Positions 1-10,007 are shown, counted from the stretch's first letter. The stretch is 64,000 nt of DNA from an uncultured Alphaproteobacteria bacterium (GCA_902539635.1 CACBJQ010000002.1:37295-101294), one strand, 5' to 3'. A program made the numbers and translations. Notes: generated by a model from the sequence alone, not told the origin.

Positions 1-462
1 GAAGATGGTAAAACTTTTGAAGAAAATTGTGAAATTAAGTCGAAATATTTTTTAGATAAAACAAATATACTCGTACTATGTGATGATAGTGGATTTGTTG
101 TAAATAAATTAAATAACTATCCAGGAATAAAAACAGCAAGAGAGGCAAAAAAATTAGGTGGAGAGCAAAAGGTTATAGATTTTATTTTCAGCAAATTTGA
201 GAACTTGAGTTATATTGATGCAACTTTTTTTTGTTCTATTTGCGTTTTAGGAAAAAACCAAAGATATATGGTATCAGGGTCCATACCAGGTTTTATAATT
301 AAATATAAAAGAGGCAATGGTGGTTTTGGTTATGATCCATATTTTATTCCTACAGATAACAATAAGACATACGCTGAAATGAATGAGAAGCAAAAATTAT
401 TAAACTCTCACAGGTATGAGGCTTTTAAAAAATTATCTAATCAAATATTACAGGATAACTAA
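1..462 (+). CDS. rdgB: Non-canonical purine NTP pyrophosphatase (RdgB/HAM1), 5' end outside the window
   Basis: Frame +1 is open from base 1: EDGKTFEEN...CDDSGF...PGIKTAR...GFGYDPYF...SHR, which are ITPase/HAM1 motifs. Confidence 0.93.
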   Translation, partial: EDGKTFEENCEIKSKYFLDKTNILVLCDDSGFVVNKLNNYPGIKTAREAKKLGGEQKVIDFIFSKFENLSYIDATFFCSICVLGKNQRYMVSGSIPGFIIKYKRGNGGFGYDPYFIPTDNNKTYAEMNEKQKLLNSHRYEAFKKLSNQILQDN

Positions 463-1513
463 TCATCATATTTTCTAACGGCAATCTTCCAAAATCCTCA
501 TAATCAATAGCACTTGGTAAAAAATTGTTTTTTAGAATTTGGTTAGCAATAGTAAGTGATATTTTTACTGAGGTCCTGAAGAAGAATTCCCGATGCGGTT
601 CATCCATGGTAGTCAAATCGATATTTTGCAAAAAAGTCCGATTAATAGGCTTATAATAATTTTCTAAATTCTTTCTTTGCTCTAAAAAATTGTCAATTAG
701 GAATGTTCTCTCAAGAGGATAAGTTCCCTCCTCTGTTGCTAAGTATCCCACTAAATCTTTATAGCTAAATGTATCATCAAAAATAATTATGTTGTCGTAT
801 ATATTTAAGTCTCCCATCAACTTCACTGATAATTCCAAATCTACTGCGCTGTCTCCAAAAGGAGATGATTTAATATATTTTAATGGGTAGGTATCTTTAA
901 AATATTCAAATAATTTTAATCCATATTCGTTTTGTTTGTATAATACACCAAGTGAGTTTGATGAATTGATATAATCCCCAAGGATTTCAATGTGTTGGTA
1001 AGGGCTACTAAATATGAAAATGATTTCATTATCTGCATACTTATTCATTACAGAGAAGTCATTTGATAGAGAAATCGTGAATGTATTTTCGCCGAGTTTA
1101 TTTGGCAAGTCGAACAAATCTTTTGAATTGGTGGGGCCTATAATGAGAGAATTGTCGATTGAGTTTTGTATTTCATCAATTGAATAAATAAATTCTATTT
1201 TTTTGATATCAGGAAAGTTACCGATTTCTTTTATAAAAACATCATAGAACAAGGATGTTAAAATTTCATCGTCTGATAAAAAAACAATTATTTTATCGAT
1301 ATTATTAAAATCAATTATTTTATCTCCAGGTTTTGATGGCTTCTTTATTGTCTCAACTTTCTCTATTTCCTCCTCTTTCTCTTCAATAATTTCTATCTCT
1401 TCAACTTTTTTTGGTGCTTTTTCAATCGGCTTTTTTTTCTCGATTGTTGTTGGGGCACAACTAAAAAATGATATTAATGTGAGTAATATAATTATATTTT
1501 TAAATAAACTCAT
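437..1513 (-). CDS. Lipoprotein, divergent LppC/LpoA-like (penicillin-binding protein activator family)
   Basis: Lipobox ISFFSC, charged linker, IIGP motif; divergent from rsmI as is usual for this gene in alphaproteobacteria. Confidence 0.55.
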   Translation of the reverse strand: MSLFKNIIILLTLISFFSCAPTTIEKKKPIEKAPKKVEEIEIIEEKEEEIEKVETIKKPSKPGDKIIDFNNIDKIIVFLSDDEILTSLFYDVFIKEIGNFPDIKKIEFIYSIDEIQNSIDNSLIIGPTNSKDLFDLPNKLGENTFTISLSNDFSVMNKYADNEIIFIFSSPYQHIEILGDYINSSNSLGVLYKQNEYGLKLFEYFKDTYPLKYIKSSPFGDSAVDLELSVKLMGDLNIYDNIIIFDDTFSYKDLVGYLATEEGTYPLERTFLIDNFLEQRKNLENYYKPINRTFLQNIDLTTMDEPHREFFFRTSVKISLTIANQILKNNFLPSAIDYEDFGRLPLENMMISYPVIFD

Positions 1514-1514
1514 A

Positions 1515-2333
1515 ATGAACCCGGGTCTCTATTTAGTTTCAACTCCCATAGGAAATTTAGATGATATCACATTAAGGGCTATAAATGTTTTAAAAAATTC
1601 TAATTTAATTTTATGTGAGAACACTACTAATAGTAAAAAGCTTTTGAAAAGATATGATATCAAAACATTATTGTCTAAGTACACTGATCACGATTTTAAT
1701 AAAAAGAAAGATTACATATATAAGTTATTAAAATCTAATCAAGTGATATCATTGATATCAGACTCTGGTTCTCCACTTATATCCGATCCTGGAAATCAAT
1801 TAATAAATTTTTTGTTTGAAAATCAGGTAAATGTATATTCAATACCTGGTGCTAGCGCCTTAATCTCAGGTATTCAACTAAGTGGTTTTTTAAATAAAAA
1901 GAAATTTACCTTTATTGGTTTTCTTCCCAAGAAAAAAGAACATAAAGAAAAAACTCTCTTAGAGAATAAAATTAATAATTTAATTATTTACTCAACTAAA
2001 CAACAATTACGTAAAGACGTTTATGCTATTGCCTCTATTTCTGAAACATTTGAAATTGTAATACTTAGAGAACTGACAAAACTACATGAGGAAAGAATAC
2101 ATATAAATCACAAAAATTATGAAAATTTTAATTTCTCTGGAATTAAAGGTGAGTTAGTTTTAGCTGTTAACGTTGAAAAAGAGACAGACAAGATTAAAGA
2201 CTTCGATTTAAAAGAGATTAAGGAGATAATTAGAGAGGTAGGTGTAAAAAAGGCTTATCAACAGCTTAAAAGTAAGTATAAAATATCAAGGAATGATTTT
2301 TATAAATTATCAATTAATTTAAAGAATGGTTAA
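1515..2333 (+). CDS. rsmI: 16S rRNA C1402 2'-O-methyltransferase
   Basis: GLYLVSTPIGNLDDIT, SDSGSPLISDPG and RELTKLHEE motifs; start placed at ATG 1515 (MNPGLY) rather than the track's 1479. Confidence 0.95.
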   Translation: MNPGLYLVSTPIGNLDDITLRAINVLKNSNLILCENTTNSKKLLKRYDIKTLLSKYTDHDFNKKKDYIYKLLKSNQVISLISDSGSPLISDPGNQLINFLFENQVNVYSIPGASALISGIQLSGFLNKKKFTFIGFLPKKKEHKEKTLLENKINNLIIYSTKQQLRKDVYAIASISETFEIVILRELTKLHEERIHINHKNYENFNFSGIKGELVLAVNVEKETDKIKDFDLKEIKEIIREVGVKKAYQQLKSKYKISRNDFYKLSINLKNG

Positions 2334-2889
2334 GCATTTTATAATTATACTTTCAATATTTTTTGTTGGCTGTGGTCCATCTCTTGTATCAACAGGTGCC
2401 AAAACTATAATTAAGGAAAACGAAGATGAAAAAACATTTAGTGAAAGTTGGGATGATGCCACTATTAAGCTTGGGATAAAAGAAAAATATTTTTCTTACG
2501 ATGCAACTTTATTTACAAGGATTGATGTTGAAGTTGAATTAGGTAAGGTTCTTTTAACAGGTGTTGTTCCCTACGGTGACATGCGCTTAGAAGCAGTAAG
2601 GCTAGCTTGGCAACAAGATGGTGTAAATGAAGTGTTAAATGAAATTTCAATTGATACCGGATACGGACTTGATGATATAGCCAAAGATAAATTTATAAGT
2701 ACACAACTTTTTACAAAGATTTTCACAGACTCGAATATAAAAAAATTTAAATATGACTTTGAAGTACAAAAACAAATTGTATATCTATTTGGTGTTTCTA
2801 GTGATCAAAAAGAAATAGATATGGTAATTGAACACGCTAAAGACATAAAGGGTGTCTTAGATATAATAAATTACATTCAAGCAAGATAG
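2326..2889 (+). CDS. Dual BON-domain lipoprotein (DolP/YraP-like)
   Basis: Lipobox FFVGC; two BON repeats (GKVLLTG...GVNEVLNEI; IVYLFG...GVLDIINYI). Confidence 0.88.
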   Translation: MVKHFIIILSIFFVGCGPSLVSTGAKTIIKENEDEKTFSESWDDATIKLGIKEKYFSYDATLFTRIDVEVELGKVLLTGVVPYGDMRLEAVRLAWQQDGVNEVLNEISIDTGYGLDDIAKDKFISTQLFTKIFTDSNIKKFKYDFEVQKQIVYLFGVSSDQKEIDMVIEHAKDIKGVLDIINYIQAR

Positions 2890-2890
2890 C

Positions 2891-3226
2891 CTAGACATCC
2901 GACAATAAATGTAAGTGAAAATGAAATACCTCTTGGCCACCGTCCCTGCCTTTATGTGTCTTTATTTGAAAACCTTTATCTCTTAGACCTAAGATATTTA
3001 TAATATCATCGACTGACTTCCAAAAATTGGTTTGATATAAGCTATCTGCATTTTGTAAAAAATCAGAAATATCTGACAGAGGTTCCTTAGGTATAATTAA
3101 AATATGTGTTTTTGCTTTTGGACTAATATCTTTGAATGAAAGCACATGATCATTTTCAAAAACTTTATCACAAGGAATCTCACCTTTTAAAATTTTTGCA
3201 AAAATATTTTCTTTATCATAGCTCAT
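2891..3226 (-). CDS. HIT family nucleotide-binding protein (HinT-like)
   Basis: NIFAKILKGEIPC, DISPKAKTHILIIPK and GQEVFHFHLHLL histidine triad. Confidence 0.93.
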   Translation of the reverse strand: MSYDKENIFAKILKGEIPCDKVFENDHVLSFKDISPKAKTHILIIPKEPLSDISDFLQNADSLYQTNFWKSVDDIINILGLRDKGFQIKTHKGRDGGQEVFHFHLHLLSDV

Positions 3227-3975
3227 ACTCTGACAGGGACGCCTTTACTATTAAGATATTTTTTTACAGTCTTAATTTTATATTTTCCAGAGTGAAATAC
3301 GCTCGCAGCCAACAAACCTGTAGATTTTGTTAAATGTCCTAGATAAAAATGCTCTAAACTGCCCACGCCTCCACTAGCAATTACGGGAATACTAACATTA
3401 CTAGTCACTTTTTTTAACATTTTACTATCGAAACCATTTTGAACACCATCTGTGTCCATAGAAGTCATTAATATTTCTCCTGCACCAAGAAATTGCACTT
3501 GTTTAGCCCAAGTTACAAGTTCGCGTTTGGTGATTTCTCTACCGCCTTTAATAAAAACTTTCATTTTATTTTTGTGCCTTTTTCCATCGATTGCTACGAC
3601 TATACATTGAGAGCCATGTCTCAATGAGGCTTGTCTTATTAAACTTGGATTTTTTACTGCTGCAGAATTAATTGATACTTTATCTGCTCCAGCATTAAGC
3701 AAATCTGTTATGTCGCTCAAATCTGAAACCCCTCCACCTACAGTTAAGGGGATATTTATAACTTTCGCTATGGATTCAACAGTTTTAATAAATGTTTTTC
3801 TATTTTGATATGATGCGTTTATATCAAGCATACAAAGCTCATCAGCTCCTGATAAAGAATAATATTTTGCCATTTCAACTGCATTACCCATGACTCTTAT
3901 GTTTTTAAAATTAACACCCTTAACAACTTTATTTTTAATAACATCAAGACATGGAATTATTCTTGTCTTAAGCAT
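3223..3975 (-). CDS. hisF: Imidazole glycerol phosphate synthase cyclase subunit
   Basis: RIIPCLDV, VVKGVNF, GADKVSINSAA, PVIASGG. Confidence 0.97.
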   Translation of the reverse strand: MLKTRIIPCLDVIKNKVVKGVNFKNIRVMGNAVEMAKYYSLSGADELCMLDINASYQNRKTFIKTVESIAKVINIPLTVGGGVSDLSDITDLLNAGADKVSINSAAVKNPSLIRQASLRHGSQCIVVAIDGKRHKNKMKVFIKGGREITKRELVTWAKQVQFLGAGEILMTSMDTDGVQNGFDSKMLKKVTSNVSIPVIASGGVGSLEHFYLGHLTKSTGLLAASVFHSGKYKIKTVKKYLNSKGVPVRV

Positions 3976-4678
3976 TAAACTGGACCAGACTATCTATAGA
4001 TATTTTATTTTCGTATATAGCTTTACCTACGACAACATTATTGAAACCATTCGATCTACTCAATTCGATATCGTTAAGGTCCTTAACACCTCCTCCGATG
4101 GTAATATGCTTGTCAGTTAATTTTTTTATAGTATTAAACGTTTCCATATTTAAGCCAGAAAGCATGCCATCATTAACAACATCAGTGACAAAGTAGGAAT
4201 GAATAGGTCGATCATTATATTTATCTATAATATGCTTTAAAGACTGATTTGTTGTTTCTTGCCAGCCATTAGAGGCAATTTGATTATCCTTTATATCCAG
4301 AGCGATGGATAGTTTTTCAATTAAAGTATCATCAAAATTTAAAACATCATCAATGTTCTTTATTGCAAAAGTTCCAATTACAATTGTGTTAAATCCATCA
4401 TTAATTTTATCAATAATAGCGTCTTTACTTCTTATACCGCCAGCAACTTCAATATTAATATCAATTTTTCTTCTAATCTGGCTCAGAACCTGATTGTTAT
4501 TGCCCTTGCCTAAAGTGGCATCTAAGTCGACAACGTGGATAGTATTAAAACCTGCATCTTGATATGTTTTAGCCATATCAATTGGGGAATACTGATAGAT
4601 TGTTTTATCTTCAGCGATACCTTTTGTTAATCTCACACACTTTCCATCTATTATATCAATTGCTGGGAATATATTCAT
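3968..4678 (-). CDS. hisA: ProFAR isomerase
   Basis: IFPAIDIIDGKCVRL, HVVDLD, GGIRS, DGMLSG; position in his cluster. Confidence 0.96.
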   Translation of the reverse strand: MNIFPAIDIIDGKCVRLTKGIAEDKTIYQYSPIDMAKTYQDAGFNTIHVVDLDATLGKGNNNQVLSQIRRKIDINIEVAGGIRSKDAIIDKINDGFNTIVIGTFAIKNIDDVLNFDDTLIEKLSIALDIKDNQIASNGWQETTNQSLKHIIDKYNDRPIHSYFVTDVVNDGMLSGLNMETFNTIKKLTDKHITIGGGVKDLNDIELSRSNGFNNVVVGKAIYENKISIDSLVQFNA

Positions 4679-5304
4679 GATTTCAAAATATAATTTTTTA
4701 TCAAATTTAAGCCATATTTATGGCTTTTTTCAGGATGAAATTGCACTCCATAAATATTGCCCTTCTTTACAATAGAAGGAAATTTTTGACCATAAAGAGT
4801 GAAAGCTAAAACATCTGATTTTTTTATATTTTGGTAAATGTAACTATGTACAAAGTAGAAGTCCCTATTGTCGAAACTGTTTGCAATAATGGTATCATCT
4901 TTGTTTAAGTTAATAGTATTCCAACCCATATGAGGAATTATAAGTTTTTTATTTCTAAATTTTTTAATGTCTCCACTAATAATTCCTAATCCTCTTGTAG
5001 TCTTATCCTCATAACCCCAATCAGATAAAATTTGCATCCCAACGCATATACCTAAGTATGAAGAGTTATTTTCTAGGTATTTTTTTAATGGTTTAATAAT
5101 TTTTAATTTTTTTAAATTTGACATAAGAGTGGCATACGCACCTTGTCCAGGCAAAATAATTTTATCAAACGAAGAGTAATTGAAATGACTTTTAATAATC
5201 TTTAATTGGTATGGCCTCCCTTTAATAATATCTTTAATAGCTTTATTAATCGATCCAATATTTCCCGATTGCCCGTCAATAAGTCCTATGACTTTTTTTT
5301 TCAA
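4675..5304 (-). CDS. hisH: Imidazole glycerol phosphate synthase glutaminase subunit
   Basis: LPGQG, GICVGMQ, PHMGWN, YFVHSY, QFHPEKS. Confidence 0.96.
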   Translation of the reverse strand: MKKKVIGLIDGQSGNIGSINKAIKDIIKGRPYQLKIIKSHFNYSSFDKIILPGQGAYATLMSNLKKLKIIKPLKKYLENNSSYLGICVGMQILSDWGYEDKTTRGLGIISGDIKKFRNKKLIIPHMGWNTINLNKDDTIIANSFDNRDFYFVHSYIYQNIKKSDVLAFTLYGQKFPSIVKKGNIYGVQFHPEKSHKYGLNLIKNYILKS

Positions 5305-5885
5305 AGTTTCCCTTTAGAGCTCGGAATATTTGTTTTTCTTGGATCAATAGATATTGCTTTTTTCAAAGATATCGCAAATGCTTTAAAACAACTTTCAATA
5401 ATATGGTGATTGTTTTTTCCATATAATGTTTCGATATGGCAATTCATTCTTGACTCAGTAACTAAAGATTTAAAAAATTCAGAAAATAACTCTTGGTCCA
5501 TATCACCGACTTTTTCTAAAGATGTTTTTACATTCCAAATAAAATAGGGGCGATTACACAAGTCTATAACTGATCTTGTTAATGTTTCATCAAATGAAAC
5601 ATAAGAGTATGCAAATCGTGTTATACCTTTTTTATCACCAAGTGCGTTTTTTATACTCTCACCTAAAGCAATACCAACATCTTCAACAGTATGGTGCATA
5701 TCTACTTTGAGGTCGCCGTCACATTTTAAATCTATATCTATCAAACTGTGGGTACTTATTTGTTGAAGCATATGATCAAAAAAAGCAATTCCAGTATCAA
5801 TTTTATTTACTCCTGAGCCATCAAGGTTAATTTTTATTGATATTTTTGTTTCTTTTGTGTCTCTATTAAATGTAAATTCACGCAT
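5301..5885 (-). CDS. hisB: Imidazoleglycerol-phosphate dehydratase
   Basis: RDTKET, FFDHML, HHTVED, NNHHIIE, PSSKG. Confidence 0.97.
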   Translation of the reverse strand: MREFTFNRDTKETKISIKINLDGSGVNKIDTGIAFFDHMLQQISTHSLIDIDLKCDGDLKVDMHHTVEDVGIALGESIKNALGDKKGITRFAYSYVSFDETLTRSVIDLCNRPYFIWNVKTSLEKVGDMDQELFSEFFKSLVTESRMNCHIETLYGKNNHHIIESCFKAFAISLKKAISIDPRKTNIPSSKGKL

Positions 5886-5912
5886 TTGTAATCAGCTATT
5901 TAGTACCTATAT
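5886..5912 (+). promoter_or_regulatory. Putative RpoH (sigma-32) promoter of hslVU
   Basis: TTGTAA-N14-CCTATAT just upstream of hslV; resembles the alphaproteobacterial RpoH consensus, and hslVU is a classical heat-shock operon. Confidence 0.6.
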
Positions 5913-5923
5913 TTATAGGAATA

Positions 5924-6475
5924 ATGGATAAAAATAAAACAATAATACGCTCGACAACTGTTGTTTGCGTTCGTGATAATGAGAGTGTTGTTATAGCATC
6001 TGACGGACAAGTAACTTTGGGTACATCTGTCATTAAGTCAAACGCCAATAAGATTAGAACATTTCATAATGATCAAATTATTGTTGGGTTTGCTGGATCA
6101 ACCGCCGATGCATTAACTCTTTTTGATAGACTGGAGAAAAAGTGCGAAGAATTTTCATATAATTTAAAAAGAGCTTGTGTCGAATTAGCTAAAGATTGGA
6201 GAACAGACAGGTATCTTAGAAGATTGGAGTCAATGATTATTGCAGCTGATAAAAATGAAACATATCTTATTAGTGGAACAGGAGACGTTCTGGAACCTCA
6301 AGAAGGTATAGTTGCAATTGGATCAGGTGGCAACTTTGCGCTCAGCGCAGCAAGGGCTTTAAAAAGAAAATCTAATTTGTCTGCAAAAGAAATAGCTGCA
6401 GAGTCACTTAAAGTTGCAGCAGAGCTTTGTATTTATACAAATGATACTCTAAACATCTCAGAGATTAAAATTTAA
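5924..6475 (+). CDS. hslV: ATP-dependent protease peptidase subunit
   Basis: STT catalytic Thr, DGQVT, GFAGSTADA, AKDWRTDRYLRRLE, GSGG. Confidence 0.98.
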   Translation: MDKNKTIIRSTTVVCVRDNESVVIASDGQVTLGTSVIKSNANKIRTFHNDQIIVGFAGSTADALTLFDRLEKKCEEFSYNLKRACVELAKDWRTDRYLRRLESMIIAADKNETYLISGTGDVLEPQEGIVAIGSGGNFALSAARALKRKSNLSAKEIAAESLKVAAELCIYTNDTLNISEIKI

Positions 6476-7788
6476 TGGATAGCCAATCTCTTACACCAAA
6501 AGTTATTAAAGAAGAACTTGACCGCTATGTGATTGGTCAAGATGATGCAAAAAAAGCAGTCGCTATAGCTCTTCGAAATCGATGGAGAAGATTAAATGTA
6601 AAAGATGAAACTCTCAGAGATGATATCATCCCAAAAAATATATTGATGATTGGGCCAACAGGTTGTGGTAAAACTGAGATTGCAAGAAAATTAGCAAAAC
6701 TTACACAGTCACCATTTATAAAAGTAGAGGCAACTAAATTTACAGAAATTGGATACGTTGGAAGAGATGTCGAACAAATTATTAGGGATTTAATTGAAGT
6801 TGCAATTAATTTAGAAAAGAAAAAGATAAGAGATCGTTTTATTGACGAAGCCAAAACAAACGCAGAAGAAATTGTTTTAAAAGCACTGCTTGGTGACAAT
6901 CCAAGTGAAGAAACCAAGGAAAAATTTCGATTAATGCTAAGAGATAATCAACTTAATGATAAAGAGATCGAAATAGCATTAGATCAAAAATCTAATCCTT
7001 TTCAATCATTGGACATACCAGGAATGCCCGGTGCTCAGATGGGAATGATTAATATGAATGATATATTTGGTAAAGGTTTAAAAAATAAAAAGAAAACAAA
7101 ACTTAAAATAGGTGAAGCTTATGAGCCACTTATTCAAGAAGAAATTGAGAAAATCGCTGAAAAACAAAATGTTGTTCAAAATGCAATTAAAAGTGTTCAG
7201 GAAAGTGGAATAGTTTTTATAGATGAAATTGACAAAATTGCGCCCAATAGTGAGAGACGAGGTGGGGATGTTTCAAGAGAAGGTGTGCAAAGAGATCTAC
7301 TGCCACTTATTGAGGGTACAGTTGTAAGCACAAAATATGGAACAATCGAAACAAATCATATTTTATTTATTGCGTCTGGTGCTTTTCATCAATCCAAACC
7401 AAGTGATTTACTCCCAGAACTTCAAGGAAGATTACCTGTAAGAGTAAGATTAAATGCACTTAAAAAAGATGATTTTATTAGAATTTTAAAAGAAACTGAT
7501 AATAGTTTAACCAAACAATATAAGTCATTATTTGCAACAGAAAATATTGAATTAAAGTTTGAAGATGAGGCTTTAGAAGAGATAGCAACTCTCACTGAAC
7601 AAATAAATACTGAGGTTGAAAATATTGGTGCACGACGATTACAAACAATGTTTGAAAAAATTTTAGAGAGAATTAGTTTTGATGCAAACCTTAGTGATCA
7701 AAAAACTGAAGTAGTAAATAAAGAATGGGTTACAGATGCTGTAAAATCAGAGATAAAACCAACCGATGAAAAGAAATTTATTCTTTAG
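6475..7788 (+). CDS. hslU: ATP-dependent protease ATPase subunit
   Basis: PKNILMIGPTGCGKTEIAR, GYVG, FIDEIDKI, ELQGR, NIGARRL. Confidence 0.98.
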   Translation: MDSQSLTPKVIKEELDRYVIGQDDAKKAVAIALRNRWRRLNVKDETLRDDIIPKNILMIGPTGCGKTEIARKLAKLTQSPFIKVEATKFTEIGYVGRDVEQIIRDLIEVAINLEKKKIRDRFIDEAKTNAEEIVLKALLGDNPSEETKEKFRLMLRDNQLNDKEIEIALDQKSNPFQSLDIPGMPGAQMGMINMNDIFGKGLKNKKKTKLKIGEAYEPLIQEEIEKIAEKQNVVQNAIKSVQESGIVFIDEIDKIAPNSERRGGDVSREGVQRDLLPLIEGTVVSTKYGTIETNHILFIASGAFHQSKPSDLLPELQGRLPVRVRLNALKKDDFIRILKETDNSLTKQYKSLFATENIELKFEDEALEEIATLTEQINTEVENIGARRLQTMFEKILERISFDANLSDQKTEVVNKEWVTDAVKSEIKPTDEKKFIL

Positions 7789-8278
7789 ATTTAAGCTTAA
7801 TATAAAAAGCACCTAAACCACCATGTTGTATTTTACAAGGCGAATATGATTTTATCATAAATTGAAATTTTTCCGTATCTAACCAAAAAGGAAATTGTCT
7901 TCTTATCTTTCCTGTAAAAAATTCTTCTCCATTAGTTTTATTGCCAAGGCCAGTAATCACTATATGAAATAAGTTTTTCTTCTTGTAATTGACTGAAAAA
8001 TATTCGATCAATTTTTGGTACGCTTGGTCAACTGTAAGACCATGTAAATCGATTTTGCTAAAATGTTGATTTTTAAACTGTTTATAAAGATTGTTATCCA
8101 AAAGAACTGGTTTAGAAAAAATTTTTTTAATTTTTGTACTTTTTTTATCTAAATTATCACTCTTTTTTTTCTTCTCAATAGGACCGCCGATTGAAATACT
8201 AATTTTTTCGTTAGGTTGTTCTTCTAATGGTTTTTTATTTTGCTGTTTATTTAAATTAAATTTAATTTTATGAGACAA
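7778..8278 (-). CDS. Smr/MutS2 domain protein
   Basis: KIDLHGLT, IVITGLG, HGGLGAFYI. Start uncertain: TTG at 8278 chosen, track extends to 8353. Confidence 0.85.
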   Translation of the reverse strand: MSHKIKFNLNKQQNKKPLEEQPNEKISISIGGPIEKKKKSDNLDKKSTKIKKIFSKPVLLDNNLYKQFKNQHFSKIDLHGLTVDQAYQKLIEYFSVNYKKKNLFHIVITGLGNKTNGEEFFTGKIRRQFPFWLDTEKFQFMIKSYSPCKIQHGGLGAFYIKLKSKE

Positions 8279-8780
8279 GTTTAATAGAAAAAAGCTTCCA
8301 ATTAGGATCGGAGGATTTTTTATCTTTTTCAAAACCCCATTCTTCGACAACATTCAGAATTTCGTTATTTGCAACATTGTAATGTTCGGTTTCAAACTTC
8401 ACGGACTTAACTAGTCTTAGGTCATCAGATTTATCATCTAAGATAGAACTATTTTTTACTTCTGAAAATTTTATTTCTTTGGGTGCTTTTGCTTGTTCCA
8501 TCGCTTGCATTGCTTCAGGTGTAAGTAAATCTTTGACTTTTTCGATACTGTTACTTTGATAAGCCTGAACAATCATTTCATATGCTTTATTAGCGCCTTC
8601 TAAAAATTCGTTATTATCATTTTTGGGAACTATCTTAGGTTTAAACTTCGATTGAGGGTTTTTTTTTGTTCTAATATTCACAATTTTTCCATCAGAGGAA
8701 CCAAGAATGCTCCTTAGGCGATACACTAAAAATATCGCTATTGCTCCAAAAAGTACAATATCTATAAATTCACTACTCAT
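8268..8780 (-). CDS. Tim44/TimA family adaptor protein
   Basis: N-terminal TM ending RLRSILG, FLEGANKAYEMIV, EEWGFE...DPNWKL. Confidence 0.9.
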   Translation of the reverse strand: MSSEFIDIVLFGAIAIFLVYRLRSILGSSDGKIVNIRTKKNPQSKFKPKIVPKNDNNEFLEGANKAYEMIVQAYQSNSIEKVKDLLTPEAMQAMEQAKAPKEIKFSEVKNSSILDDKSDDLRLVKSVKFETEHYNVANNEILNVVEEWGFEKDKKSSDPNWKLFSIKLVS

Positions 8781-9453
8781 AATTTTTCAACATTTTAGCC
8801 CATTTTGAATTAGGTATTTTATTTTTTATAAACTCTTTATGGGCATCTGTCTCTTCTTTTGTTAATACGATGGATGAGTAATTCGGCTCACTAGCCAAGT
8901 TAATTTTTTCTGATTTTGCCATACTTAATTCTAATCCTATTTGGTTTATGCCTTGTAATTCCAAGTATACATCAGTCAAGATTTTAGCGTCTTTTAAAGC
9001 ACCATGTTGATCTCTATTTATAAGAGTATTGATTTTTAATTTCTTTATAAGTGCGTCTAATGATACTTGTTGCCCAGGAAACCGTTGTCTCGCAATTTTA
9101 ATTGTATCTATAACTCTCTCCTTCGATATTTTTGGTTTAGATATTTTCTCAAGCTCAAAGTTTAAGAAACCGATGTCGAAAGATGCATTATGAGCGACAA
9201 TGAAACTATCTTGAATAAATTCTAAGAAGCTGTCTGCAATTTCTTCAAAAATTGGCTTGTCTGTCAAATATTCATTAGTTATTCCGTGTATTTTAATATT
9301 GTCCTCAGTAAGAGTTTTAGAGGGATTTACATATTCATGATAGTTTGCCCCGACTTCTTTTTTGTTAAGTTCAATACAGCCAATTTCAATAATCCTATGT
9401 CCCTCTTTAAATTCTAAGCCTGTGGTCTCAATATCAAGTATAATTTCTCTCAT
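8773..9453 (-). CDS. dnaQ: DNA polymerase III epsilon subunit
   Basis: LDIETTGL, HRIIEIG, AHNASFDIGFL, HGALKDA. Confidence 0.97.
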   Translation of the reverse strand: MREIILDIETTGLEFKEGHRIIEIGCIELNKKEVGANYHEYVNPSKTLTEDNIKIHGITNEYLTDKPIFEEIADSFLEFIQDSFIVAHNASFDIGFLNFELEKISKPKISKERVIDTIKIARQRFPGQQVSLDALIKKLKINTLINRDQHGALKDAKILTDVYLELQGINQIGLELSMAKSEKINLASEPNYSSIVLTKEETDAHKEFIKNKIPNSKWAKMLKNYE

Positions 9454-10007
9454 AGTTTATTTAATAATTTAATTATATTTAAACGTAAGTTCAAGATTGA
9501 ACCATTATTGTTTACTGTAAAAGTTGATTTATTCTTTTTTATATTCTCTTTAATCTGCTTATTATTCATTAATTTAAAATAATCTTCTGTAACACCTCTT
9601 TTTAAAACCCTTTGTTTTCTCTTAGTGGTATCCGAGTTTACGAATACCGTGACATTAAAGTTATTGAATAAATTTTCTTCATAAAGTAATGGAATTTCAT
9701 AAAATACTGGCTGGAAAGATTGATGTTTTTGGGCTATTATTTTTTTTTTAGCGTATAAAAGAGGGTATATTGTTCTCTTAAGTTTTCTATTAAACTCCTC
9801 ATTCTGTAACATTTTAATAATTTCTTTTTTGTAATTATGATCATGAAGTTTCAATTTTTCTAAAATAATTTTTCTTGTACGGTCATCATTGTATAATTTT
9901 GAAATTATAGCATCAGATGATATACAACAAAAACCTAGCCTAGAAATAAATTTAATAAATTCAGTTTTACCCGATCCTATATTACCTGTAACTGCAATTT
10001 TGGTCAT
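9450..10007 (-). CDS. coaE: Dephospho-CoA kinase
   Basis: TGNIGSGKT P-loop, EIPLLYE; maf-aroE-coaE-dnaQ order. Confidence 0.92.
   Translation of the reverse strand: MTKIAVTGNIGSGKTEFIKFISRLGFCCISSDAIISKLYNDDRTRKIILEKLKLHDHNYKKEIIKMLQNEEFNRKLKRTIYPLLYAKKKIIAQKHQSFQPVFYEIPLLYEENLFNNFNVTVFVNSDTTKRKQRVLKRGVTEDYFKLMNNKQIKENIKKNKSTFTVNNNGSILNLRLNIIKLLNKL

Noticed and set aside
205-462. 85-aa stand-alone ORF in the track
   Set aside because: It is the C-terminal part of rdgB, whose frame is open from base 1.
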